Shown here piece by piece: positions 8,458-16,768 of a stretch of DNA of 59,237 bases. Numbering within the stretch: position 1 is the stretch's first letter; every line of letters begins with the position of its first letter. The translations under genes were made by a program, and so were the position numbers. The stretch is from NCBI GenBank assembly GCA_049521795.1, contig JBEKOM010000012.1:1-59237 (forward strand), read 5' to 3'. The DNA is from Candidatus Bathyarchaeia archaeon (lineage in GTDB: Archaea; Thermoproteota; Bathyarchaeia; Bathyarchaeales; Bathycorpusculaceae). Below the pieces are notes generated by a model. It saw only the letters and a program-made list of their open reading frames with translations. It searched no databases and was not told the origin of the DNA.

Positions 8458-9303
8458 CTAGCTCAACGCTTTCAGTTGTTCAAGCGTCCCAAGGAAGGTC
8501 CCGTCGAGGAGATACGTTTCCGCGTTTTTCATGTCGACCGCTTCCGACCTGAGAACGGGTCCCACAACCATCTCAGCATTATTCTTTCCAAGTCGTTTTC
8601 TCTCGTTGAGCGGTCTGCCTCCTAAAAAGTCGTTGAAAGAAGGCATTATGAAAAGCTGCGAGGCTTTCGGTTTGATCTTGTACTGTTCGCGCAACGTTTT
8701 CTCAGGGTTTCCTTCAATCTTGACCTTCTTTTTTCGCAGCAGGACTTCGGTAAGCTCGGCTGTGTTGCAGCGCGCTTTCACCCACACTTGGCGCGTTACT
8801 CTGAACCCTGCAGGATCTCGAAAAGCCACAACCGGATGAACGTGGCCCATGACTAGAGTTCTGCATTTAAGAAGCTCTGGTGAGGGCCATTGATGTCCGT
8901 GGAAGAAGCCAACATCGTCTATCGCTGAACCGGTTGCAGGCAGCATCTTGACGTTCTCAGGGAGTAAGGGTTCTAGGTTTCCGTCGTGGTTGCCGCGGAC
9001 AACACATATTTCCTGTACGTGCTTTCTTAACTCGGTGAAGAAGTCTGGCACGTCTTTCCACTCGGTTTTTTCAGCTCTTGCCACCGTGTGTTTGATGTCT
9101 CCTAGGATGAGCAGTTTGTCGGGTTTGTAGGCGGACAGTAACTCTTCGAGTTTCTTCAGCAGCTTCGGCGTCTGTGTTGGAACGTGTATACCTTTGTTTG
9201 AAAGAGCGATTTCCCAGCCTATGTGAAGGTCAGCTATCGCTATTGTCCTCATACCATGCGTCTTTACCAGTGCGGCTGCGTACGGTGGAAGCGGGGCTAT
9301 CAT
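8458..9303 (-). CDS. metallophosphoesterase (calcineurin-like)
   Basis: DLH, GD, GNHD, HGH, GHVH motifs. Confidence 0.92.
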   Translation of the reverse strand: MIAPLPPYAAALVKTHGMRTIAIADLHIGWEIALSNKGIHVPTQTPKLLKKLEELLSAYKPDKLLILGDIKHTVARAEKTEWKDVPDFFTELRKHVQEICVVRGNHDGNLEPLLPENVKMLPATGSAIDDVGFFHGHQWPSPELLKCRTLVMGHVHPVVAFRDPAGFRVTRQVWVKARCNTAELTEVLLRKKKVKIEGNPEKTLREQYKIKPKASQLFIMPSFNDFLGGRPLNERKRLGKNNAEMVVGPVLRSEAVDMKNAETYLLDGTFLGTLEQLKALS

Positions 9304-10139
9304 GTTTTTTCCTTTTCGGGTTTTGTCAGGCTGAGTATTCTCCTGTGTACTTCCTGGTTCGCAGCTGCTATGAACTCTACCTTCTGTTTAGGATCAAGCT
9401 TGACGTGCAACGGTTTTCCCAGAGGCGTTGTTATTATGGCTCCTGCTTCTTCTATAATTAGCCATGCGGCCGCCATGTCTGTCGTGCGGAGTTTTCCGCG
9501 GATGTCGATGAAGGCATCGATAGTGCCGTCTGCCACATAGCACAATTCGAGCGCGTTGGCTCCGAAGTGTCGCAAGTGCTTTGTTTTTCCTAACAGTTTC
9601 GTGAGTCTCGGAGCGATCTTCTGGATTCTGTAACTGTTCAAGTCGATGCCTATGACTGCTTCTTCCATCGAAGCCCTTGTGGACGGCGTTATTTTTCTGT
9701 CATCTTTGTAGGCCCCGCATCCCTTCTGTGCAGTGTAGGTTGTGCCGTGAAACAAATCTGTCACGAGGGCTGTGTGCACCTTGGTTAAGGTCGGTTCCGT
9801 GGAGACCGCGATGGACGTCGCGTAGAAGGGCGCGCCCCTCATGAGGTTGGTTGTGCCGTCTATCGGGTCAGCTGTCACGTAGCATCGACGAGGGCTTTCG
9901 CCGTATTCTACTATGCCAGATTCTTCGCTGATCAACGTAAAAGTGATCTTTTGCTCTCTCAGCGTGCTCACGATGGCGTTTTCAGCTGCCAAATCTACCT
10001 TCTTAACAGGGTCGCCGCCGGCTCCTGTCCCTAGGTTAGGCTGAGGCTGGTTCAACGTTTTGAGAAGTGGTTTGATCTTTAACTGTATGTTGTTCTTGCA
10101 TTGATTGAGAACGTGGGCCCAATCGGCTGGTTCTCGCAT
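9300..10139 (-). CDS. suhB: inositol monophosphatase / archaeal FBPase-IMPase family
   Basis: SEE, DPIDGTTN, LELCYVADG, D.AAAWLIIEEAGA motifs. Confidence 0.92.
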   Translation of the reverse strand: MREPADWAHVLNQCKNNIQLKIKPLLKTLNQPQPNLGTGAGGDPVKKVDLAAENAIVSTLREQKITFTLISEESGIVEYGESPRRCYVTADPIDGTTNLMRGAPFYATSIAVSTEPTLTKVHTALVTDLFHGTTYTAQKGCGAYKDDRKITPSTRASMEEAVIGIDLNSYRIQKIAPRLTKLLGKTKHLRHFGANALELCYVADGTIDAFIDIRGKLRTTDMAAAWLIIEEAGAIITTPLGKPLHVKLDPKQKVEFIAAANQEVHRRILSLTKPEKEKT

Positions 10140-10271
10140 CCCGAGTATTCTCCGTTCATCCTTATGGCTGCTTTTGATAAAGCCTTTGCTGAATGCTTTG
10201 GCGCTTTGAACTGAGTTTTCTCCAGAAGTCGCGGTTTAGAGCACGGGCAGTTTTTCAACGCTAATTCTTAG

Positions 10272-10295
10272 GAACAATTTTCTAGAAAATAGTTC
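10272..10295. promoter_or_regulatory. 24-bp near-perfect palindrome, candidate operator
   Basis: GAACAATTTTCTAGAAAATAGTTC has one mismatched pair and lies between divergent genes, upstream of BRE/TATA-like GAAACGCTTTAAG. Confidence 0.5.
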
Positions 10296-10380
10296 TGCAA
10301 CAGAGTTTCAGAAACGCTTTAAGCAACGTCACAGAGAGTAGTGTCCGCGGGGAGACATAACGCCAAGAAGAATTGCTGAA

Positions 10381-10578
10381 GTGCTTGAGATTCTAGGCGA
10401 TGGCGAGTGGCACTCGATAGACGAGGTGCGGAAAGAGATGGGGCTGAACGAGGATCAGGTCAAGCGGATCACGGAGTTCTTGAGTGAATACGAGTTCATA
10501 GCGGTTGACAATTCGAAGAACAGGATGAAGATCAAAGAGGCCGTGCGAAGTTTCTTGTTGCAGCCAGTTACTTCATGA
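10381..10578 (+). CDS. small winged-helix DNA-binding protein
   Basis: ILGDGEWHSIDEV...MGLNEDQV...FL..YEFI wHTH pattern. Confidence 0.75.
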   Translation: MLEILGDGEWHSIDEVRKEMGLNEDQVKRITEFLSEYEFIAVDNSKNRMKIKEAVRSFLLQPVTS

Positions 10579-10855
10579 GGGCTTTCAGGTTTTTGTAGGC
10601 TCGCAGGAACTCCTTTCCTTTGTCGGTGACTTGAAGCGTTCCGTTGTTGGGTTCTTCTTTTGCAACGTGCAGGAGTCCGTTGCTGAGCAGAAAGCCCGAG
10701 TAGCTCTTCAACTGTTTGAAGCTTAAGTTGCAACGGTACATCAGGTACGTTTTCTTGGTGCCCCTATCAGAGGCGCCCAGAATATCTGCGATTATGTCTA
10801 GGTTTCCTCGATGGCTGTTGCTGCTGTCGTTCTTGTTATCGCCCAATGAACCCAC
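10568..10855 (-). CDS. winged-helix regulator (HTH_45/ArnR1-like)
   Basis: DIIADIL...KKTYLMYRCNLSFKQLKSY...L...VTDKGKEFL; start uncertain (ORF extends to 10969). Confidence 0.85.
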   Translation of the reverse strand: MGSLGDNKNDSSNSHRGNLDIIADILGASDRGTKKTYLMYRCNLSFKQLKSYSGFLLSNGLLHVAKEEPNNGTLQVTDKGKEFLRAYKNLKALMK

Positions 10856-10995
10856 AGGTATAGCCCCCTTCTCTGAGGCTACTTGTGACCGCTTTCTCCC
10901 ATTAATAATAATGCAGGTACGTTGATTTAAACGTTCTGAAAACTGAAATATGCGAAGAAGATGAGGCAAAAAAGAAGAATAGGGTTGCTTGAACT

Positions 10996-11391
10996 CTAAG
11001 ACGCTTTGAACTTCTTCAACACTTTCTCTGTGTCTGCGTTGTTTTCCATGAAAATGCTTATCTTGTTTTGCTCAACAATCAGAGACAGCATTTTAACGTT
11101 CTTGCCGTTGACGATGATGTTTTTGACCGTGCCCAATTCGAAAAGGTCCAAGACTTCTTCGGTCGCGTCAAACGTTGTGGAAGAAAGTATCGCATAATCT
11201 ATTATCTTAGCCGGCTCTTTGAGGTCAATCGAGGCGGACGTGGTGTTCCTGAGGATGTAGCCTACCACACCGTCATATTTTTTGATTTCTTCCAGGTTTG
11301 CGCGCAAGTTGCTCTCGTGGTCTGTGCTCTCGATCAGTGTCGGCTCTGACAAGGTTGTAATTTCTAGTTCATCCTTCTTTTTCTTGACCAT
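10996..11391 (-). CDS. Roadblock/LAMTOR2-like protein
   Basis: LEEIKKYDGVVGYIL, then helix, then ELGTVKNIIVNG...MLSLIV...ISIFM strand pattern. Confidence 0.7.
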   Translation of the reverse strand: MVKKKKDELEITTLSEPTLIESTDHESNLRANLEEIKKYDGVVGYILRNTTSASIDLKEPAKIIDYAILSSTTFDATEEVLDLFELGTVKNIIVNGKNVKMLSLIVEQNKISIFMENNADTEKVLKKFKAS

Positions 11392-11407
11392 GATCCATGA
11401 ACCTCCA

Positions 11408-12229
11408 TCATTCGACCGCGGGCTTAATTCTCACAAGCTCGCCCTTCTTGATGTTCAAGGTGAGTTGCACTTTGCTAGGTATCTGTATCTTTCCCTGTCC
11501 GTCAAGCTTCGATTCTTTTATGGGTTTGACCTTGCATCGGGTTGATTTTCCGCCGAAGGTTTCGACGTCTGCTTCCTCTATGGTCCTGTCCTCGTAAAGT
11601 TCGGTCCATTCTTCTATTATGTTGCTGTCTATGCGGACCGTGTCTGATGGCGTAAGTAAGCCTTTCAGGTCTTCCACTATGAGCTGGTTGACTGGTGTTT
11701 CTGGTAGAATCTTCTCCATTTCTTCTTTAGACTCTGACTGCTCTTCGTGTTTTTCCGTCTTAGGCTCTTCAACATTCTCTGTCTCAGGCTCTTCGTCGCG
11801 TTCGACAGCTGGTTCTTCAGGTTCTATGTCGGGCGTAGGCGGGTTTTTCTTGAGGGGGGCAGGGCTGAGTTTCTCCAGTAGCCTTAGAATCGTTGGGACA
11901 ATGACGTGGGTCACGGTGTTCACGTAGTTTAAGTCTGCCTGCTTGGAAGTGACCGTTACAAGGTAAATCTCGTCCAATCGAGAAACGTTCAGCCTACCGT
12001 TAATGCCCTCGATCATCACATCTTCAACTCCGCCTATAGCCTGAGCTTTCTCCAGCATCTCTTCGAACGCGTTTACGGCGCTATTGATAGTTTTTTCAGG
12101 CGTGTCCTCGTCTCTTGCTATGAGTTCACGGTTTTTCGTGAGCACGAAGGCGTTCTTGATGTCGGGGCAGACTTTCTGTATCTCGTCCAGAGTGTTCTTT
12201 AGGGCAAACGCGTAGACTTCGTTATCCAT
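11408..12229 (-). CDS. Roadblock domain + acidic/Pro linker + C-terminal double-psi-barrel-like domain
   Basis: LDEIQKVCPDIKNAFVLTKNRELIA...GGVEDVMIEG...YLVTVT; C-terminal DTVRID...GKIQIP...LNIKKGELVRIKP resembles CDC48-N. Confidence 0.7.
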   Translation of the reverse strand: MDNEVYAFALKNTLDEIQKVCPDIKNAFVLTKNRELIARDEDTPEKTINSAVNAFEEMLEKAQAIGGVEDVMIEGINGRLNVSRLDEIYLVTVTSKQADLNYVNTVTHVIVPTILRLLEKLSPAPLKKNPPTPDIEPEEPAVERDEEPETENVEEPKTEKHEEQSESKEEMEKILPETPVNQLIVEDLKGLLTPSDTVRIDSNIIEEWTELYEDRTIEEADVETFGGKSTRCKVKPIKESKLDGQGKIQIPSKVQLTLNIKKGELVRIKPAVE

Positions 12230-12251
12230 TGTTTCACTTCGCCATTTCTGT

Positions 12252-12677
12252 TTAGGATATCCTGAAGAGTATTCGTTCAGGAACGCCGTCGTTTTCCACT
12301 ACGAGATACTTGAGGCCTTCAGTGTCTCCGAGCTGGTCTAACCACTTCAGTGCTTCACGAGTCTTCTGCAGGACCAGAAGCCTCTCTTGGTGGCTGCGTA
12401 CGACCTGTTCAATCGCTGTCAATTCATGGAACGGGTTTGCGTCCAGAACAATGTTTAAGACGCCGATCGAGATTTCACCGAGGCTCTCTGACGCGGCTTT
12501 CTTTCCTGCGAGCTTCATGACCACTTCATGGATCTTCTTTGATTTTTCAGCCAGGGCTCTGATGTCGTCCAGTCGACGCAGGTATTCGCCTAACGTGCTT
12601 TTTGTTTCAGATATTTCCTTTTCCAGTGTTTCTGCAATCTCTACTGCTGAACCATACTCTTTTATTTCAATTGCCAT
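12252..12677 (-). CDS. coiled-coil hypothetical protein (helix-hairpin-helix, prefoldin-like layout)
   Basis: Two long heptad helices flank GEISIGVLNIVLD; co-oriented and tightly spaced with its neighbours. Confidence 0.7.
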   Translation of the reverse strand: MAIEIKEYGSAVEIAETLEKEISETKSTLGEYLRRLDDIRALAEKSKKIHEVVMKLAGKKAASESLGEISIGVLNIVLDANPFHELTAIEQVVRSHQERLLVLQKTREALKWLDQLGDTEGLKYLVVENDGVPERILFRIS

Positions 12678-12763
12678 TCACTACACCTCCACGTATGAAA
12701 CAAAGGGAAACTGGGGAACTCCATTCTCACCCTACCCCCAATCTCAACAAAGCAAAGGGGAAA

Positions 12764-13186
12764 CTATGCTCCAGGCGCGTTCTGCTGAGTAGAGCCCACT
12801 CCGGTACCGGCAGCATCGTACAGGTCGATCTTGTATGGGTTTCCATTTGTCCAGGGCTGATAGACGTTCAGCAGCACATTACCCACTCCTGAAGCCATTG
12901 TCGCATTGGTGGCGTCAAAGGTTGCTATGGCGTTATTGACTTTTATCTGGGAAATAGTCACTTGCTTTGTTCCAGTGTTCTTCAATGTCAGAGTCATAGA
13001 GGCGGCGGTAGTGCCGTTGACTGGATTGAATTGCACGTTGGTTATCGTTAGTGACGATGATCCCATGAAGCCGAATGTTAGGGCTCCCATCCATGCTGCG
13101 ACGGCTATGCTGACTGCGACTGTGACTGCGATGAGTATGATTGAGGCTACTACGGGGCTTAGGGCTTTTCTGCTCTTTGTTCTCAT
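12764..13186 (-). CDS. type IV pilin-like protein (class III signal peptide)
   Basis: RKA|LSPVVASIILIAVTVAVSIAVAAW prepilin motif; beta-rich domain with KNTG; GGAGG SD. Confidence 0.92.
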   Translation of the reverse strand: MRTKSRKALSPVVASIILIAVTVAVSIAVAAWMGALTFGFMGSSSLTITNVQFNPVNGTTAASMTLTLKNTGTKQVTISQIKVNNAIATFDATNATMASGVGNVLLNVYQPWTNGNPYKIDLYDAAGTGVGSTQQNAPGA

Positions 13187-13250
13187 TTTTGTTTTTATCC
13201 CTCCTTTTTGGGACTTGTAAGTATGCTAGGGGAAGTGAAGCTTTTAAATC

Positions 13251-13264
13251 TTACGACTTACTAC
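13251..13264. promoter_or_regulatory. heptamer repeat TTACGAC-TTACTAC abutting the pilin TATA box
   Basis: Same motif occurs at 13792-13812; minus-strand TTTAAAAG is adjacent. Confidence 0.5.
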
Positions 13265-13384
13265 ATCATATTTTCTGTTTGTAAAACACGAATACACCAA
13301 TCAGGAAACATCCATCGGCGTAACAAGTGAAAAAACGTGAAAAAAGAAGGTGTGCACGAGCGACGAGCAGCTAGGCTTCTTGGC

Positions 13385-13726
13385 TTAATGCTCTAGTTCG
13401 TCGAAGAGCCCGAGCAGAAGCTTCGCAACTTTCTCGCCTAACTCTGTCTTCAAGTAGTACTTCTTCAAGGGGTCTATCTTTTCGCTCTTCGCCAACCCTA
13501 ACTGTTCAATCTCGATCATCCTGGCTCTGAAAGTTCCATCGCTCAGGGTCAGCTTGTTTTCACGCATGAATTCTTTGGCTTCCTTCCATTTTCCACGGTT
13601 TATGTGGAGCAGTAGGATGCAGTCTATGGCATGGTCCTTCTCCAGCATGGCCTTGATCGGTGCCAATTTGGGGTCAGTCAGTATGTGCTTAGCCTTCTCC
13701 GTTTCTCGGTCTGTTTTCATGATCAT
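13385..13726 (-). CDS. winged-helix transcriptional regulator (HxlR/MarR-like)
   Basis: LSDGTFRARMIEIEQLGL...YYLKTELGEKVA. Confidence 0.8.
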   Translation of the reverse strand: MIMKTDRETEKAKHILTDPKLAPIKAMLEKDHAIDCILLLHINRGKWKEAKEFMRENKLTLSDGTFRARMIEIEQLGLAKSEKIDPLKKYYLKTELGEKVAKLLLGLFDELEH

Positions 13727-13791
13727 TACCTGTTTATCCCTTTTTTCTGCTTTCTGATTATATCGTACATCCTTAAAAGATTTAACCTATA

Positions 13792-13812
13792 TTACGATTT
13801 ATGACTTATTAT
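13792..13812. promoter_or_regulatory. heptamer repeat TTACGAT-TTATGAC-TTATTAT upstream of the wHTH gene
   Basis: Matches the 13251-13264 motif; lies just upstream of minus-strand TTAAATCTTTTAAG. Confidence 0.5.
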
Positions 13813-14257
13813 AGGACATTACAGCTTAATCTTCGCGATGCTATTTCCGTTTTCGGTATAAGTACACTCCATCTATGGCAGCGAAAAGCTCAAAGGACTT
13901 GCGGGAGACATCTCCATTCAGATTTAGCAATATCCTCAACGTCGGCCGGCTCTTAAACGAGGATTCTTACGTCAACTGAACAACTTTTCATAGAAAAACG
14001 ATGAAGCACAGTGCACGAATCCGAATTATGTCCTATGGCCGCGCCACGCGCTAGCGTGTTCAAAGTTTTTTGGGAAGTGGCTTGTGCTGCTCATCTTGGT
14101 TCTTCGGTCATAATTGGGTCATATAGGATACCCGGGAGGGAGGGTGAGAGAGCGAGAGAGCACCCGGGCTCAAACCGTGACAGTAGCCATCGACCGTCGA
14201 GAAACGTCATGCCTTCCACTTGAACGGAATTTAGGAATCTAGGAACAAGCATGCGCG

Positions 14258-14764
14258 CTATGCGTTAAAATGGCCGCCTTGAACCGTGTGACTTATGGCC
14301 GTGCTGTTTGAATTAAGCAGTTGGGTGTCATAAAGGTTCAAGTTGCATGTACCACTTCCAATCACTTCAAATTCTACGGTCATTAGCGTTCCATTTCCGC
14401 TCACTCCAGTCACGTTCGATCCAAACGATAGGAGACGCGTGCAAAGTGCGCTAAGATTTCCTGCAGCCTCGTTCACTACGGGGCTAAAAAACGTGCTGTT
14501 GCCGCTGCTTTTCAGCATCGGGCCTTCTATGACGTTTGTTACATTCAGCAGCGACGAATTCCAACTGAGTGCAATTTGCCAACCGTATAGATCAGCAACG
14601 TTCGAGATGCTTACGTTGATCATGAAATTCTGTCCGGTCGTCCCTTGCACAGTCTGTGGTTCAACAAACAGCGCGGTTGACGGATGAGAGGACAAAATCA
14701 CGAAGGCTAGAACTGCAACGAGAATGGCGAGCAGACAAGCAACTATGATGATTTTTCTGTTCAT
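14258..14764 (-). CDS. membrane-anchored cohesin-domain protein
   Basis: N-terminal hydrophobic helix; GQNFMINVSISNVADLYGWQIALSWNSSLL...EGPML...GVSGNGTLMTVEF. Confidence 0.85.
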   Translation of the reverse strand: MNRKIIIVACLLAILVAVLAFVILSSHPSTALFVEPQTVQGTTGQNFMINVSISNVADLYGWQIALSWNSSLLNVTNVIEGPMLKSSGNSTFFSPVVNEAAGNLSALCTRLLSFGSNVTGVSGNGTLMTVEFEVIGSGTCNLNLYDTQLLNSNSTAISHTVQGGHFNA

Positions 14765-14793
14765 TATGGCGGACCCGCGTATCTAGTAGCCTT

Positions 14794-15498
14794 TCACTTC
14801 GCTAATAAGTCTTGTTTTGTAGATGAGAAAGATTTAGGTGCACGTTTTCTGGTCATTTTCTTGGAAAGCACGACGGCTGAGACGGTTAAGACCGTGAAGA
14901 CAAGTAGAATGGCCGAATTTGGAATTTCTGCAACTGTCGTGTGAAACTGTCCGCCGCTGGTAGTGTGTGGTATTGGTAAGGATACGCGTGGTTCTCGGTC
15001 TGGCGGGGGATAATCTCGTAATTGGGATTCTAAATCGATGTTAGAATAGCCCGAATTAGTCACGTTGAAGGTGATTCGGACTATGTTTCCGCTGCCGTCG
15101 AAGGAGGGTGCAGGAGCCGTGGATGTGGCAGCAATAGCGTACTGGCCGTTTTGCGTAGAGTTTTCAGCGATGAAAGGTGGACTGGTGGAGCTTGTGTTGT
15201 ACAGGACTCCATCGGTATCCGTGTGCCCTAGGCGGATGTCGATATTGCTGAGTTCTAGTACGGATGAATTCCAATTGACTGTAGCTTCTACGCCGTACAG
15301 GTTTTGTACGTTAAGAACTGTTATGTTTATGGTGATTGATTGGCCCACGCCAGCTGTGTCTGCGTAAGGAACTACTTCTACACTTGCTTCTGGAGATCCT
15401 CGAACAACGTTTGTGCGAACAAACAAACTTGACGAAGAAAATAGGGCAAATAGAGCGATTAGGATTATTCTTGACTTATTGAATCTGAGCATCATCAT
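14794..15498 (-). CDS. cohesin-domain protein with signal peptide and C-terminal sorting/anchor segment
   Basis: NVQNLYGVEATVNWNSSVL...FDGSGNIVRITF; ends VAEIP + transmembrane helix + KK..RKR (PEF-CTERM-like). Confidence 0.85.
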   Translation of the reverse strand: MMMLRFNKSRIILIALFALFSSSSLFVRTNVVRGSPEASVEVVPYADTAGVGQSITINITVLNVQNLYGVEATVNWNSSVLELSNIDIRLGHTDTDGVLYNTSSTSPPFIAENSTQNGQYAIAATSTAPAPSFDGSGNIVRITFNVTNSGYSNIDLESQLRDYPPPDREPRVSLPIPHTTSGGQFHTTVAEIPNSAILLVFTVLTVSAVVLSKKMTRKRAPKSFSSTKQDLLAK

Positions 15499-16418
15499 GT
15501 TTCGTTCTTCTCTTGTTCCAGAAGGACTACTATCTTGTCTCTTCCCTTTTTGTATCTCCTAATTGCTCCCTTGTGTTCCAAGATTCCCAGAAGCTGACTG
15601 GTCTTCGCCTTCGAGAATCCAAGTTGATTGGTGATGGCGGATTGATAGAGTTTTCCCCCCGAGGATCTGATGAGGTTCACGGTTTTCTGTTCATCACTCT
15701 CCATTTCTGGATGACTTCTGAATTCAACGTTTTCGGGAATCTTGACTTTCTTTTTCTTATTATGTCTGAATACGTAGAAGCCTATCGAAGAACCGGCGGC
15801 GATTGCCAGGAGACCTGCAATTAGAAGAGCGTTGGCTTTCAACGTGTCAATGAAACTCGGAGTTGTCGATTCTTGCATCAAAACTATTCTTGTGCCGTTT
15901 TGGACATCCTTTGTCCCAAGCCACTCGAGGGTCTGGATGGAATCGTTCCGCGTAAAGGGTGCCGGCTGGACCGTTTGAACGACGTACTGTGGCGGGTACG
16001 TTATGTAGACCTCACCGTCACCATAGAGATGATCGAAGAAGTTTGGACTTCGAAACACATCGCCTATCACAATTTGTGCATCTTGGACCTCGCAGAAGTT
16101 TTGCCACTCGAACCTGTATTCTGCCTCAATGTAGGAGGAGTTTGTTGGTCGCGTGAACGTTAACGAATCTACGTTGGCAGCCATGGTCCTTCCCGTTGTG
16201 CTTTCTGATGCTTCAACAAGCCGTGTTATCCTGTTCTGAAGCGTTTCTAGGGTTTCAATAGAAGCATTGATTTCCAAAGTTTGGGTCACGGTCCACGTTG
16301 CCGAGCCATCGCTGCCAATCTGAATTGTGTAGGTGGGTTGGCTTTCGCCCAGCACTGTTGCATAAGGAATTAGGAGCAAAAGCAGATAAGCCGTAGCTAT
16401 CAGCAGGAAAGTTTTCAT
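15495..16418 (-). CDS. membrane-tethered regulator: extracellular domain + TM + C-terminal wHTH
   Basis: Signal peptide; DGSATWTV...EYRFEWQNF...IVIGDVF domain; TM; YQSAITNQLGFSKAKTSQLL..LE.KG.I.R.K.GR. Confidence 0.85.
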   Translation of the reverse strand: MKTFLLIATAYLLLLLIPYATVLGESQPTYTIQIGSDGSATWTVTQTLEINASIETLETLQNRITRLVEASESTTGRTMAANVDSLTFTRPTNSSYIEAEYRFEWQNFCEVQDAQIVIGDVFRSPNFFDHLYGDGEVYITYPPQYVVQTVQPAPFTRNDSIQTLEWLGTKDVQNGTRIVLMQESTTPSFIDTLKANALLIAGLLAIAAGSSIGFYVFRHNKKKKVKIPENVEFRSHPEMESDEQKTVNLIRSSGGKLYQSAITNQLGFSKAKTSQLLGILEHKGAIRRYKKGRDKIVVLLEQEKNET

Positions 16419-16640
16419 CAGTTATCTTCATGTTGGAAAATGTTACGGAGGTATTTAAGAATTATAAACTTGGAATCCAAATTTCCAGCCGCGACTGTTT
16501 GTAGCTCTGAGATGCTGTCTGGACAAATTTCACATCGAACAGCCAATGAGCCGTTCTGAGCACTTGTTGCGTCTTCTTGTAAGAATCCAATCTTTCCGCT
16601 GCGAAGATATTAAGGGTCAAAAATTGCGCTTCTAAAGCAA

Positions 16641-16680
16641 AACAAGACTAATATGAACCATATTGAACCAAAATAAACTA
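16641..16680. promoter_or_regulatory. 10-bp-phased imperfect direct repeats upstream of a TATA-like box
   Basis: AACAAGACTA ATATGAACCA TATTGAACCA AAATAAACTA; AGAAATGCTTTTATTT at 16711-16726. Confidence 0.4.
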
Positions 16681-16768
16681 TTAGAAGCGATGAAAACGGA
16701 AAAGCACCTTAGAAATGCTTTTATTTCACGTTCACTACAGTGGCTTAAGGAAATTGGAGCGGAAACAC

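Noticed and set aside
12764-13186. Archaellin / archaellum operon
   Set aside because: Signal peptide and size fit a pilin; no arlF-J genes nearby.
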